This document shows, one piece after another, positions 10,821 to 34,974 of a stretch of 64,000 nucleotides of DNA. Every line of letters starts with the position of its first letter. Positions within the stretch are counted from its first letter, which is position 1. The position numbers were made by a program, and so were the translations under genes. The notes beneath the pieces were generated by a model that saw only the letters and a program-made list of their open reading frames with translations, was not told the DNA's origin and made no database searches. Source of the DNA: Ylistrum balloti (Eukaryota); assembly GCF_031769215.1 (NCBI RefSeq), contig NW_026781961.1, positions 682,001 to 746,000 of the forward strand. The letters run 5' to 3'.

Positions 10821-12679
10821 ATGAAGTGCAGTATGTTGTTTGCCTTCACATTGAACATTCACAGACATGTGCAGAGAAGGTAAACCTATAATCCAATAAC
10901 TGTTTGAAAAATTGATGCAGCAACAATCACATCATTTATGACAATATTGAAAACAAGTACAGTGTGACCTTGCTTGAAGTGCAAACTACTTTATCTTAAG
11001 TCCCATGTTGCACCAGTCAAATGCAAAGTATACACTTTCTACATATGCAGCACTGATACCATAAACCAGTCAACAAATCATGTCTTCTGTCTACATGTTT
11101 TGTATTCATCACTGATAAGCCCAAGATAACTATGTATTGTACATGTTATATGCTAGTTGCTTATTTTGTGACCAAAATGAAACTACTGTCAAACACAAAA
11201 GGTAACTGTAATCAATCACACTACTTTGTACACGTCAGTGCGCAACAGCATGTTACAGCAAAATAAAAAACTACTCCTTACATCAGGCGAATGACTATCT
11301 CTTAGTATAGCTGCTCAAATACTTCATGATAGTGTTTCAAAAACCCCTTTCATCATTACTTGAAACACTGCCTGTTACAATGACATCTACTACTTAGAAC
11401 TATATATATATGTTTATAAGTCAAAGTAAATAGGCCCTATCATACAAAGGTAAATCGGATAAGGCACGCATTCTGTAGAACATCAATTTGTACATGGTAA
11501 TAACTTGACAGCTTGTACAATACCTTCCCAAGATGGCGGACCGCTAGACACGTCACTGGCGCCGTCGCGCGGCATCTAGGCTTTGATATCTATGCCTGCG
11601 ACAATGTATGATTTACAGCAGTATGTGTGTGTAAAACAAAGGCATGAAGATCATGACAAGAAAATGAGGACTTTTTTCATTTTGATGGATAAAGTCTAGG
11701 GAAGTGTGAAGCCATGATTTGAAAGGATAGACGGTTTTCAGGAGTGAATATTTAAGACTGAGTTAAAAGCTGTGCGGAGTCCTTTAAAATCCACACACCA
11801 ATTATTCCAACACGAAAGTAACAAGACAATACAAAATCGTAATCCGAACTGATGAAACATAAGTTAGGGGCCATCAATCAGTAGGGTAATTCTGTCTAAC
11901 CTTACTGTGTCTCCTTCTGTGTTGTATGTCACCAAGCGATTCGCCCGACTTAACGATAACCCTGATTAAACAGGCGTACCCCGTACCCAAACCACAAGTT
12001 TGGTTTGCCACCCGAAGAAGCGTTTGTACGTGTGTCACTGGTAAATCATCCATACAGTATTGAAAATAGCAGTCGAGAACTGACAAGCTTCTGGAATTGT
12101 TCATAGTTTGTACTTTTTATTGTCTGCCATTGTGTTTTTTCTCAGTAAAAACAGAAGCTGAACCAAACCGAGCAGACCTCGAAAGACAACAGAGAATAAA
12201 GACTTCTGTGTCGAAATGATGATTGTCTGTTTGGGGCGCTTTTCTGTGAACTTCGCCTGCATGCCATGGAGGGTACGTTAAGTGGACAAACGTCGACTGA
12301 ACCAAAGTGCTTAAAACTTGGTCGGAAATAATCAGCGGTAAGCGAAATTGAGACCATAATGTATCATTTAACAGCTGAGGATTTGTTGAGACAGGTCAGA
12401 TTGGTATTTAAAGTGTCAATTTCGCAATCAATTCATTCAATCAAATAATTATTGATTCCAAGTACTTGAACCGTGAGTACAATCGCGACATCTATAACCT
12501 GTAAGGTTATAAAGGAAGGAATGTCGACCAAATGATATGTTAAACCACATTGATGATTTACCAAACAAAAAGGATAACATTCCTTTAATATAAATGTAGT
12601 ACTGGATGCTACCGGACCGTATAGACTGCATTATACAGCTGTTCTGTCCTTCTGTCACTTCAATGCTATTGGCCAAACT

Positions 12680-13050
12680 CCCACACATTTGTTTCTCGAT
12701 AAGACAAAATTTGCAGTTTCTTGGTCTCCGACTGCTCGAACAGACTATTTACATGCCTATTGGAACTAACAGTGCCCAACGCTGGCCGATTTTTTTTTTA
12801 TTCGAGGCCGAATTTATCGAAGAGCTAATTAAAAGAGGTAGCAAAGACCATGTAAAGTCGTTAAATTTCACTTTCAGATGACGCCGCCTTTAAATAACAA
12901 GAATTGTATTGACCATCTAATATATCCACTATAACTGGAAATCAAAGACAAAACAGATTCTTTTACATCAGCAGTCCATCTCGATCTTTTTCTACAACAT
13001 GGACAGCTTTCCAACAAGCTGTATGATAAACGTGATTCACGATTTCCCAG
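12680..13050 (+). pseudogene. Degenerate Penelope-like reverse transcriptase fragment
   Basis: Translation gives QTIYMPIGTNSA...FEAEFIEELIK...KSLNFTFR-(YIDD disrupted)-LNN...IYPL*LEIKDKTDSFTSAVHLDLFL...LSNKLYDKRD. This matches the recalled GIPMGTNCAP / FNFTFRYIDD / YPxELEIKDT / YLDL / LYDKRDDF motif series of bivalve Penelope-like RTs. Stops and frameshifts are present. Confidence 0.75.
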
Positions 13051-14041
13051 CAAGAAAATCATCATCTGTCGGACCAACTTGCAACACAAAAGATGCAAGC
13101 GGAAAGATATAGGGGAGTTTCACGGTCGTCATAGTGATATCGAGAAATATTTCTTTGTGTGATATGCAACTGGACGTGTTCGATGCTTGTTGGTTTGCCT
13201 ATTGGTTCCGTTGCTGCACCTTCTCGTTTGTGAACGTGACATTACTTGCTTGGATTGAAAAAGATTTGACATAGCGGGTGTCATTTTCATTTCTGGAAAT
13301 TATGCCGTCATCTTCAAAGTATGGTGTTTGATTCTCGATATCACGACTTTCCTACAAGATGTTTGAAACAGAAACAACACGGGGTTCTGAAAGATTCCGG
13401 TAGATGTAGACGATACGAAAGTTTTTCGGCAGGCATGAAGATCTCATTGGGAAATAGTTAATTTTCTTATGCCATACAAAGTTAGACTGTTTGATGCTCG
13501 TTAGCAAACCCGATAATTCTGATGTTTACCTTCTCCTTATTTGGGAGTGTGACATGATTTACTTTTATTGACCAAGGTATACATTGCTGACCTGTTTCGA
13601 ACACCAGCATGGGATCATGAAACAATCTTATATTTAACATTTTGCTTAGCCAATCATATGCGACCTCTTACTTCAAAACTTAACAGGACACCGTTTTTGC
13701 GATACTCCAGGTGTTATGCTCTCTATCGTTTTCTGCACTGCTGGAACATTTCATGGCAAAAGTAAAGGTCCTCTGTGAGACACTGTGGATAAGACAAGAA
13801 GACTAGTTTGACGTATATCAAACCAATGTTGTGGTTGGATAATAGTATAATATAATGGATTTGACGTGGGGTGTCCCTCCTTTATAATCTTAAAAGAAGC
13901 ACATCAGTCAGGGATTTTTTCCACTTGAAATCTCCTCTAAACCGATCAAATTACCTTGTGCCTTCAATTTTGTCAGGAAATGACCCAGGGGTGCAGAGAG
14001 CGTAGGGACTAAAGTATCAAGAATGGTGTTAGACTCCGATC

Positions 14042-14845
14042 ATTTTATGATCCTTGGGCCTTATTCTCCTCGTCTTTCCCTTAACTTTACGTGTAAATCT
14101 TTCTTTTGACAATTTTATGATCCTTGGGCCTATCTTATTCTCCTCGTCTTTCCCTTAACTTTACGTGTAAATCTTTCTTTTGACAATTTTATGATCCTTG
14201 GGCCCATCTTATTCTCCTCGTCTTTCCCTTAACTTTACGTGTAAATCTTTCTTTTGACAATTTTATGATCCTTGGGCCCATCTTATTCTCCTCGTCTTTC
14301 CCTTAACTTTACGTGTAAATCTTTCTTTTGACAATTTTATGATCCTTGGGCCTTATTCTCCTCGTCTTTCCCTTAACTTTACGTGTAAATCTTTCTTTTG
14401 ACAATTTTATGATCCATGGGCCTTATTCTCCTCGTCTTTTCCTTAACTTTACGTGTAAATCTTTCTTTTGACAATTTTATGATCCTTGGGCCTATCTTAT
14501 TCTCCTCGTCTTTCCCTTAACTTTACGTGTAAATCTTTCTTTTGACAATTTTATGATCCTTGGGCCTTATTCTCCTTGTCTTTTCCTTAACTTTACGTGT
14601 AAATCTTTCTTTTGACAATTTTATGATCCTTGGGCCTATCTTATTCTCCTCGTCTTTCCCTTAACTTTACGCGTAAATCTTTCTTTTGACAATTTTATGA
14701 TCCTTGGGCCCATCTTATTCTCCTCGTCTTTCCCTTAACTTTACGTGTAAATCTTTCTTTTGACAATTTTATGATCCTTGGGCCTATCTTATTCTCCTCG
14801 TCTTTCCCTTAACTTTACGTGTAAATCTTTCTTTTGACAATTTTT
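14042..14845. repeat. Minisatellite with 64/69-bp units, ~12 copies
   Basis: TTTATGATCCTTGGGCC(TATC)TTATTCTCCTCGTCTTTCCCTTAACTTTACGTGTAAATCTTTCTTTTGACAAT is repeated in tandem. Confidence 0.95.
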
Positions 14846-15017
14846 TGTCCTAGTTCTATTGACTTTTTGAGTCTGAATTATGATTCAGTTGATGGATGTT
14901 ATTTTCTGCAATAATATTCGATTCCAGCCAAACTTTTGTTCTGATGTCTGAAGGAAAAACTCGGCTACACATTCCCGGGCAATGGTTTTATTTTGTCACA
15001 GTCATAATTTAGTGTCT

Positions 15018-18000
15018 TTATGAGCTCTTGGCAGCCATTCTCCTGTCCCTCTCCTCAGCGATGGACAGCTTAACACCCTTACCGCGGGGCAGGGAGATCC
15101 ATGGCTTGTTTCCTTTGCCAATCACGAAGACATAACTCAATCTGAAAACAAATGAAAATCTTCATTATCTTTCTAAATCTTCCTTTCAGCCATACCCCTC
15201 TGTGTATTGGTAGGTCATATCCAAGGATGATTCTCAACCAAATAAAAAGGGATCATCTTGCATTTTTCTATTAATTTATTTATTGTATTTACCATATAAA
15301 AAACTGCTGCTTTTTTCCTTTGTGTTTGGGTGTGCTGTTTATAAATGGACTAAAAAAATTGGCAAAATTTTTTTGTTTTAAAAATGCAAAGCGTACCAGT
15401 ACCACTAGCTCATGGACTCAATTTCAATAGCACTAAAAAATAACAAACCACACAATAGCCTTTTAGAAAATAAAAACATCTTAATCAAATTATCTAGGTC
15501 ACTGCCTTCTCCCTCCCAGGAATCCCCATTCTTTCTCAAAAACATGAAATATTCTCGGAACAGGCCTCCTTGTCGTTAATTCACACATGACTTTTATTCA
15601 CAACCAGTCATGATTTATGTTTTAATATAGATGCATCGCTTGGAATTTTATGTCCAAACTCGGACTAGTCTATCTTCAAGACGGCCATGCAGTTGTTGCA
15701 TTATGGAAGTTGTTGTAGAGTGCTTCCAGTGGCAGGCTACGTGGGGAAGGGCAGATAATTGAAATGAGACAGTACTGAGTCTTTTATGGGTACCTGTCCA
15801 TCACAATTTTACAAATTTACAAGAAATATGGGACTATAAGAATTTTGTTAGCCTGCAAGGGCCTACGCTTATGTTTAACAATACAGACAAATTGCCTTCT
15901 GTTGTCTGTGATATCAATGAATTGTTAAAAAAGGACTCTGCGGCTTATAACTCTGAAAATACCGTATTTATTTCTCATTTGCAAATCAAAATGAAAGTTT
16001 TAAATTTTCATAAGTGTATCGTTAAGTCATTTGTTCATTACGACCAAATTCATTGATAATAAAATGTGGTCCTCAAAATTTTCTCAGCAGAAGCATAGGA
16101 AATATGAATGTGAGTGAAGAGACAAAATACAGAAACAGAATTTCAAGAGAGCCTAACAGGAGTCCTGTTGAGGTCTACCCACCGTGTAGCAAAAGTGTGT
16201 CCTAAAGCATCCTTGATGTGTACAATGTCAAAAGATCCTGGATGTCTCTCTCTGTGCTGAATTATACCAACTCTGCCCAAGTTATGACCTCCAGTGATCA
16301 TACACAAGTTACCTGAAACAACACATAAGCTCTATATGTAATGTGAACAACAAGTCGCCTACTAAGGGTAATTACAAACGGATACCTGCATAACCATCCA
16401 AAGGGAAGTGTCCCACGCTGTTGTCTTAATGGATAAAGTTTCTCAAACTGACATTAGAGTTGTCAGCACATTTTTCTATAAACAATGACTGCGATTTTAA
16501 ATATCTCAATGTATCAAGCCATTGGTAATGCCCAAAAACACAAGTCAGTGGGCGACCGTCGACAGAAATTTATCTTGGCCTCAGTTTGACTACACAATAT
16601 CAGAGAACAGATGAAGTATAGCTTCGAAAGGGCCATCAAAAATAAAATAGTAAAAACAAGTTAAATAATCACCACAGATGTTTGTAATCTATAATCTTCT
16701 ATTTATTTATTTATTTTTTTCAAAAAGTATTTTCTTCATCTGCAATTGTAAAACCAAAACTGGTGGGGGAATTCTTACCAGAATCAAATTTGATGAACTC
16801 CTTCATTTTGCCAGTGGCAATGTCCACCATGACAGTGTCATTAACCTTGGTCAAAGGGTCAGGGTAGCGGATAGTCCTGGCATCGTGAGTGGTCAACATT
16901 GGCACACCCTTAGCTCCAACAGTCACTCTCTTCACTCGGCAGAGTTTGTACTTAAAACAATCAAGGTTTTAATCTCAATGCATATCAAACCTTAAACCAG
17001 AAACTTGTCTTTTCCCTATAACAAGTCTGGGCTAGTCGAAAAATCTAACAGGAAAAAATGTTAACAAGTCACATCAATGAAATTTTATTCACAAGGAAAA
17101 AATATCTTTAGGACATGAATGCCTTTGCTGCTATGCAAATCAGAATCTGACCAGATGTAGAACATGATGTTAGGAATTGGATGCTATAGGATAAATATGA
17201 ACCCAATCAATCTGTTTGGGAGGTTTCCAAGAAAAGACACTGATTCAGAACATGACGCGAGTTGATGTTTGGCTTTGCATTGTTTTACATGCATCCTATC
17301 AAGAGCTATGGTCCATTACTGAAGGCATCCAGCACTTATTACAAATGCATGAAAAAGCATGAAATTCTGTATAATATGAATGAGGATTATCACTATTGAC
17401 GAAAGAAAATCAGTTGAAATCGGATAAGGTTATCAATGTAGTTATCAATTACATAATTGGCTGACAGTGTCAATTGGCAGACAATGTGTTCAATATTTGT
17501 AGAAAATGAATTATTTTCTTTTTTTAAACCTAGAATACCTGATTTTATTATTATTATTGCATTCTTAAATGGCCGGTCAACAAATAAAAGGTTGTAAGGG
17601 CCATTAAACAGTAAAGAATACCCGACTTACCTAGAATTTACATAAACCTAGAATATCTGGCTTACCTCGAATTTACTTAAACCTAGAATAGCTAATTTAC
17701 CCAGAATTTACATCAACCTAGAATACCTGACTTACCTAGAATTTACTTAAACCTAGAATACCCGACTTACCTAGAATTTACTTAAACCTAGAATATCGGA
17801 CGTACCTAGAATTTACTTAAACCTTGCATACCCGACGTACCTAGAATTTACTTAAACCTAGAATATCGGACGTACCTAGAATTTACTTAAACCTAGAATA
17901 GCTAATTTACCCAGAATTTACATAAACCTAGAATACCTGACTTACCTAGAATTTACTTAAACCTAGAATATCGGACGTACCTAAAATTTACTTAAACCTT

Positions 18001-20433
18001 GCATACCCGACTTACCTAGAATTTACATAAGAACAAATGTTATTGGCATCTTTCCTATGGATCATCACATCAGATAAGATTAAACAATTAAGACGATAGA
18101 TGATATCCGAACATCATTCCGTCACTAATCAGTATCAAAATGATTATGTAGAACTTCCTATTACCAACTTCGGAATCACTAGTCATTTTATCAATAGACA
18201 CAACATGCCATTTTCCTACTTTTTCAAGAAGATTGAAATACAGGACTGTTTCAGTCTACAGTTGTTTGCCTACGACACGAGGACGGACCTACTGATCTTA
18301 TTTGGCTTTCTGACGAGCTGAGATTTTTTAAGCCGGTGTTAAAGCTGTCCAGGTCCTTCCCTATTTATGCCTGAAAAATACAGGAATCTTGGCGCCCCCA
18401 CCTCTGGTACCACATCAAAACTATGTGACATATCTAATCTTGACCACCAGGAAAACCAGGTCACAGCTTTCATATTAGAGCTTACCTTGGCTTCCTCTGG
18501 CTTGATACGATGAACTGTAAATCGTCCTTTTACATCATACAGAAGTCTGAAGTTCTCATTTGTCTTCTCAATGGTGATGACATCTAACAAACAAAATGTC
18601 ATTTGTTACTTCAAGTTTGTATGACATTAATTTTGAAAATGCCATTCTTAATGAAATTTCAAAATTTCCACTCAACTGTATCAAGTCATTGGTAATGCCC
18701 TACAAACACATGCTGGTGGGCGACCGTTGACAGAAATTTCTGTTGGCCTCAAATTGACTATACATGAACACAGGTAAGATCAAGGATAGCTTCGATAGGG
18801 CCTGTTTGGTCTTTTCTTTAAACAGAATATTTGTTATATTTTGAAGATATATATAAATACCATCTAAAACAAGTACAATTTTTTTTTTAAATTGAGACAT
18901 AAAATGGGATTTCAGTGTCGTAGCAAGTAGCAACTGCATGTCTGCCTGTCTGTCAAGATAAATCAATTCTGACCTCTTGTACTTACCCATAAAACCAGCT
19001 GGGTAGTCCTTGGCGGTTCTCACCTTCCCATCAACTTTGATCAGCCTCTGGTTAACGATCTTCTTCACTTCATCGTATGTGAGGGCATACTTTAATCTGT
19101 TACGCAGGAAAACGATCATGGGAAGACATTCCCTCAACTTGTGTGGGCCAGTGCTAGGTCGAGGAGCAAAGACACCACTCAATTTGTCAAGCATCCATGA
19201 CTTTGGCGCCGTCAGGCGCTTCATAGATTTCCTACGTCCTCGGTAACCCTGAAAATCAAACGTCAAAAATAAGAGCAAAGGGAACTTATACTGAATCTAA
19301 ATGTTGTTGATACTTGCACAAATATTCTTTTTTTTTTTGGATACATTCTCTGCAATGGACACCAGACTACAGCTCTCAGCAGCATAATTTTTGCTCTGTT
19401 GTTAACTTTATACAACATTCCCCAACTGCAATCTATGAATTGGTTGCTAAAATCTGGTGTTTTTACAAAGTGAGAAATTCTGACGTTTGACTGCAACCAA
19501 GACAACAAAGTACTGAAAATAGATGCAGTACTTCCAGTCTAAATGGCCCATGTTACAATAGTAGTTAATATGGTGGCAACTTGTGCTAAGATTTATAAGT
19601 AGTCAGAATTGTCAGTTAACATCTTTTAGCAAAAAACAATTTACCTTGTCACAAAGCAATGCAACTTAAAAAGTGATATATTGCAAAAGTTACTGTTTAA
19701 TGGCCAGTTTGTGTATTGTACACAAATTTATGGTATTTCCCGACCTGCTCATAAAATGAAAGAACTGACCGAGACTAAATGAGCTATTAAAAACCTATTA
19801 TCAAGTTGATGTTATTATTCAATGAACAAGTGAGATAAGGTTGGTATTCGGTCATATAGTCAATTGGTTTCAGAATCGTACAAGATTTGACAGCAAATGG
19901 GAACGTTTATCCAATATCAACTTACCAAAACCTGACAAAATGTCAAACATATAATGTCAAGTAAATAAAACATTTAAGAGAATCAAACTTTACAAATGTG
20001 TTTCATGGCCATGTTCACAATACTTCACAAGAACTTCAGAAGTGCGTATCGCACATGTAATGTAGATGTAGTAGATTTGCTACCCTTCCACGATACACCT
20101 TCAAACATCCGCAATAGCATGTAATCGATTGCATACGGATGCTTGCAAAATGCAGAACATTATCGTTTGCTGTTAGTATGCAAGGGATAAACGAAGGAAA
20201 CTCATGACATAGTCGCAATCCGAAATCTATTTACATTACTCAATGTAAACCGAAGTTGCACTTTATATAACTAAATTACTAACCAATATCAATGTTTATA
20301 ACGAAAATAACAAAATATTTATTTAATTTAATGTTATATTATTGTGTTTATTTCCTAAAATTGGTTATAGTTGCAATATATGAGCTAGGATTGAACGGAT
20401 TATATATCACATGTCCCTATACAGACCCACCAT
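15018..20433 (-). CDS. RPS4: 40S ribosomal protein S4 (eS4), 6 coding exons, 262 aa
   Basis: Exons (minus strand): 20431-20433 (ATG), 18987-19248, 18486-18583, 16779-16950, 16183-16312, 15018-15141. All introns are GT-AG with consistent phases, total 789 nt. The peptide includes [61 protein letters not shown] and [21 protein letters not shown] lies at 14987-14992 (minus). Confidence 0.97.
16507..16636 (-). ncRNA. SNORA16: H/ACA snoRNA, SNORA16-like (copy 1, RPS4 intron 4)
   Basis: Sense with the host gene. Hairpin - H box AGATAA (16570-16575) - hairpin - ACA (16510-16512). The hairpin-1 pocket arms UUCGAAG/UCAAA are complementary to the conserved LSU rRNA sequence UUUGA-UC-CUUCGA, with 14 nt to the H box. 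GGCCC..UCGAAGCU and ACGGUCGCC match human SNORA16 as recalled. A paralogue lies at 18674-18804. Confidence 0.8.
17620..18030. repeat. 35-bp minisatellite (17+18-bp subunits) in RPS4 intron 3
   Basis: CCTAGAATTTACTTAAA-CCTAGAATACCCGACTTA, ~11 copies. Confidence 0.9.
18674..18804 (-). ncRNA. SNORA16: H/ACA snoRNA, SNORA16-like (copy 2, RPS4 intron 2)
   Basis: H box ACAGAA (18738-18743) and ACA (18677-18679). Pocket arms AUCGAAG/UCAA pair with LSU rRNA UUGA-UC-CUUCGAU. Stems and pockets are conserved with copy 1 while the loops have diverged. Confidence 0.8.
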
Positions 20434-20447
20434 TTTGGCTATTCACT

Positions 20448-20475
20448 GTAAAAAGACCGATTTTGCCGGAAGTAC
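20448..20475 (-). promoter_or_regulatory. RPS4 TCT/polypyrimidine initiator and adjacent Ets site
   Basis: The minus strand reads CGGTCTTTTTACAGTGAATAGCCAAAATG|gtgggt. This places a TCT-type start at ~20455, about 20 nt before the ATG, which is typical of ribosomal protein genes. CCGGAAGT (Ets/GABP consensus) is at 20466-20473. Confidence 0.7.
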
Positions 20476-21260
20476 CAATGTACGTGTAACTAATCGCCCA
20501 GGAGGACATGTAATATCAAGTAGACCAAACATACTAAAATTATAAAAGAACCTGAGTAAATTAAAAAGAAAAAAAAAAAAAGAAGAAAAATCTTTATTTC
20601 TAAATTGCCTGAATAATCAAAACATAACAGAAGTACATTTGGAACGAACGCATAATATTCAAACGATGAAAAGAAGATAGAGACTTGTTAGCAGAAACCC
20701 AGAGTTATCGTTCGTTATTTTGATTCGCATGTAGGCTATAATGCTACTGTATAAATGTTACCTATTAGAATACTTAAAGGTGTGTAAGGGTCAGAAACAT
20801 GAGTGATGCATTTTGTTACATAACGTAAATAGGAGGTCAATAAGTTTGTCATTAGGAAGGACATTGTTCAGTGGAAATGTAATCCTGAAATAAAAAAAAA
20901 AACATTACAGGGTGTTTGTCAACATGAATTTATTGACTTTTATATTATATTTGTTTTTATATTATATTTATTTTTATTCGGTACCATTGAAATTTAGTAT
21001 AGATGTTTTCTTTTTAACCTTCAATTTTGAGATGATTCTGCATGCAATGTATATAGATAAACGCAATCGTTCCCCACAGTAGAAACAAGTCGTTGTCAGT
21101 ATATAATATACCTGCTAATGCAACATCCGGTGTCATGGCTCAACTATGGAAGGTAGGGTCGGAAAGTCAACAGAGACAGGATTTCATGTTTTACCTCTTC
21201 TTCGGATAAATTCAAACTTTTTAGAGACACTGCTATAGACAATAAATTTATATTACTATA

Positions 21261-32685
<11,425 letters not shown>

Positions 32686-33519
32686 GTTGACTCCGGTCAC
32701 TAGCCTCTCTTAAATAGTTAACATGACATGTATGACAGCCAAGGCTAATCTGACTAGTATAACTCAGCTGCTGGATGAACGGTGGCCACACATATTCGGC
32801 CGATTGGTCTGACATAACGCTGCTCAGTTTCTGCTGCTTTGAACTGAACAGTCTATATACTCATCAGCAGACCGAGTGAACAAACAAACAAACAGTCAGA
32901 AATGGAACGAAAGCTCAGACAAATATACTTATATCATTGTTTTGCTATCCACACACTTATCTGGATTCTTTATTTTACCTACAATTTACTGTTAACTGGA
33001 CATCGATGCCTAATTCCTATTAGTGTAAACTTGTTATACTCTCCATTTGAAAAGCATAGGCAGATTATATCGGTGGTATGCAGTGCAGATATCTGAAGTG
33101 TGAATTTTAATTTACAAAGAGTCATTGGAAATAAAGTGTACTTGTCTTGATTTTTTAATTAGATCATTGAAACAAAGGAAAATTTTCTCATGACTCAGTT
33201 GCTGAAAAATGTTTCTGCCTACAAAATGGCTTCTTTTTCCACACTCAAACTGTTCTTATAAATCATCAAACTACATATAAAATTAATGTTACATTAATAA
33301 GAGATAAATTTACAGCAGTATCGTAACAAAAGCATAACCTATATAAGCAAACAGAAATCAAGGAAATAAAAAAATAAACAGATATATTAAGATGATACAA
33401 CAAAGGTGCTTGAGTTGAAACACCAAAGTTTCACAGGTAAAACTAACAGCCCTATATCGAAATTTCAGTTGTTGGAGTTCAGAGACATCATTCCTACTGT
33501 TTGACACCCATGACTAATA

Positions 33520-34660
33520 TGATTCCATGGCTAGTTAGACAACTAAACCTCCTTGGCTGACCTGACAAGTACAACTCCTGGCTAGTTAGACAACTAAACC
33601 TCCTTGGCTGACCTGACAAGTACAACTCCTGGCTAGTTAGACAACTAAACCTCCTTGGCTGACCTGACAAGTACAACTCCTGGCTAGTTAGACAACTAAA
33701 CCTCCTTGGCTGACCTGACAAGTACAACTCCTGGCTAGTTAGACAACTAAACCTCCTTGGCTGACCTGACAAGTACAACTCCTGGCTAGTTTGACAAGTA
33801 AAACTCCTTGGCGGACCTGACAAGTACAACTCCTGGCTAGTTGGACAAGTAAAATTCCTTGGCTGACCCGACTAGTACAACACACATGGCAAGTTTGACA
33901 CGTACATCACACATGGCAAGTTTTACGTGTACAACACATATGGCAAGATTTACACGTACAACACACATGGCAAGTTTGACGTTTACAACACACATGGCAA
34001 GTTTTACGTGTACAACACACATGGCAAGTTTGACGTGTACAACACACATGGCTAGTTTGACGTGTACAACACACATGGCTTGTTTGACTGATATAACACA
34101 CATGGATATGTCTTGACTGGTACAGTTCCTAAGAATTATTTGACTACCACAACTCCTGGCTAGTCTGACTAGAACAACACCCGTGGCTTGTTTGACTAGA
34201 ATGACACCTATGGCTTGTTTGACTAGAACAATGCCCATGGCTTGTTTGACTAGAATGACACCTATGGCTTGTTTGACTAGAACAACACCCGTGGCTTGTT
34301 TGACTAGAACAATGCCCATGGCTTGTTTGACTAGAATGACACCTATGGCTTGTTTGACTAGAACAATGCCCATGGCTTGTTTGACTAGAATGACACCTAT
34401 GGCTTGTTTGACTAGAACAATGCCCATGGCTTGTTTGACTAGAATGACACCTATGGCTTGTTTGACTAGAACAATGCCCATGGCTTGTTTGACTAGAACA
34501 ATGCCCATGGCTTGTTTGACTAGAATGACACCTATGGCTTGTTTGACTAGAACAATGCCCATGGCTAGTCTGACTGGAACGACACCTATGGCTTGTTTGA
34601 CTCGAACAACGCCCATGGCTAGTCTGACTTACTGTAACTGAGGCTAGTCTGACCTTGAGT
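33520..34660. repeat. Three adjacent related minisatellites (51 bp, 27 bp, 27 bp)
   Basis: CTCCTGGCTAGTTAGACAACTAAACCTCCTTGGCTGACCTGACAAGTACAA (x~7), then CACACATGGCAAGTTTGACGTGTACAA (x~8), then CATGGCTTGTTTGACTAGAACAATGCC-type units (x~17). Confidence 0.9.
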
Positions 34661-34974
34661 CCAACACATAGCTTGTATTTTGATTTTGGATTTGTGTTTT
34701 TGTATGGTAGTGATAGTTTTATGAGCCCTTCTCACCCCTTCCAAGACAACCTGCTGTCTTCGACGATTCCAAAGAAATTCAACACAAAGTCATGAGCTTT
34801 ATGATTGTTATTAACTTATTGTGTTTTTCTTGTTTTGAAATGATCTTTATAACTTTGAAATCATAGAATCATCGAATCACATTCAATCATGGCACTGACT
34901 TTATTTCACCAACTTCATAACTTAACAGTGATGAATACATCCGTTAACATAAACACACTTCATTACTTTCATTT

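Larger units (their letters stand above)
6086..11594. mobile_element. Non-autonomous cut-and-paste DNA transposon (P- or hAT-like), interrupted by a nested element
   Basis: Termini are CATA...TATG. The imperfect TIRs have a perfect 22-bp core (CCGCCATCTTGGGAAGGTATTG at 6151-6172, reverse complement at 11518-11539) and a perfect 10-bp CCTAGATGCC (6099-6108 / 11571-11580). The flanks form an 8-bp TSD with one CpG-type mismatch: CCCGCGAC (6078-6085) vs CCTGCGAC (11595-11602). No transposase was seen. Confidence 0.7.

Noticed and set aside
15180-15262. C/D-box-like segment in RPS4 intron 5 (minus: ATGATCC...ATGA...CTGA)
   Set aside because: The C box has two mismatches, there is no terminal stem, and no rRNA complement was recognised.
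18700-19278. 192-aa ORF taken as a complete RPS4-like protein
   Set aside because: It is exon 2 read through into intron 2. Splicing at 18987 restores the canonical protein.
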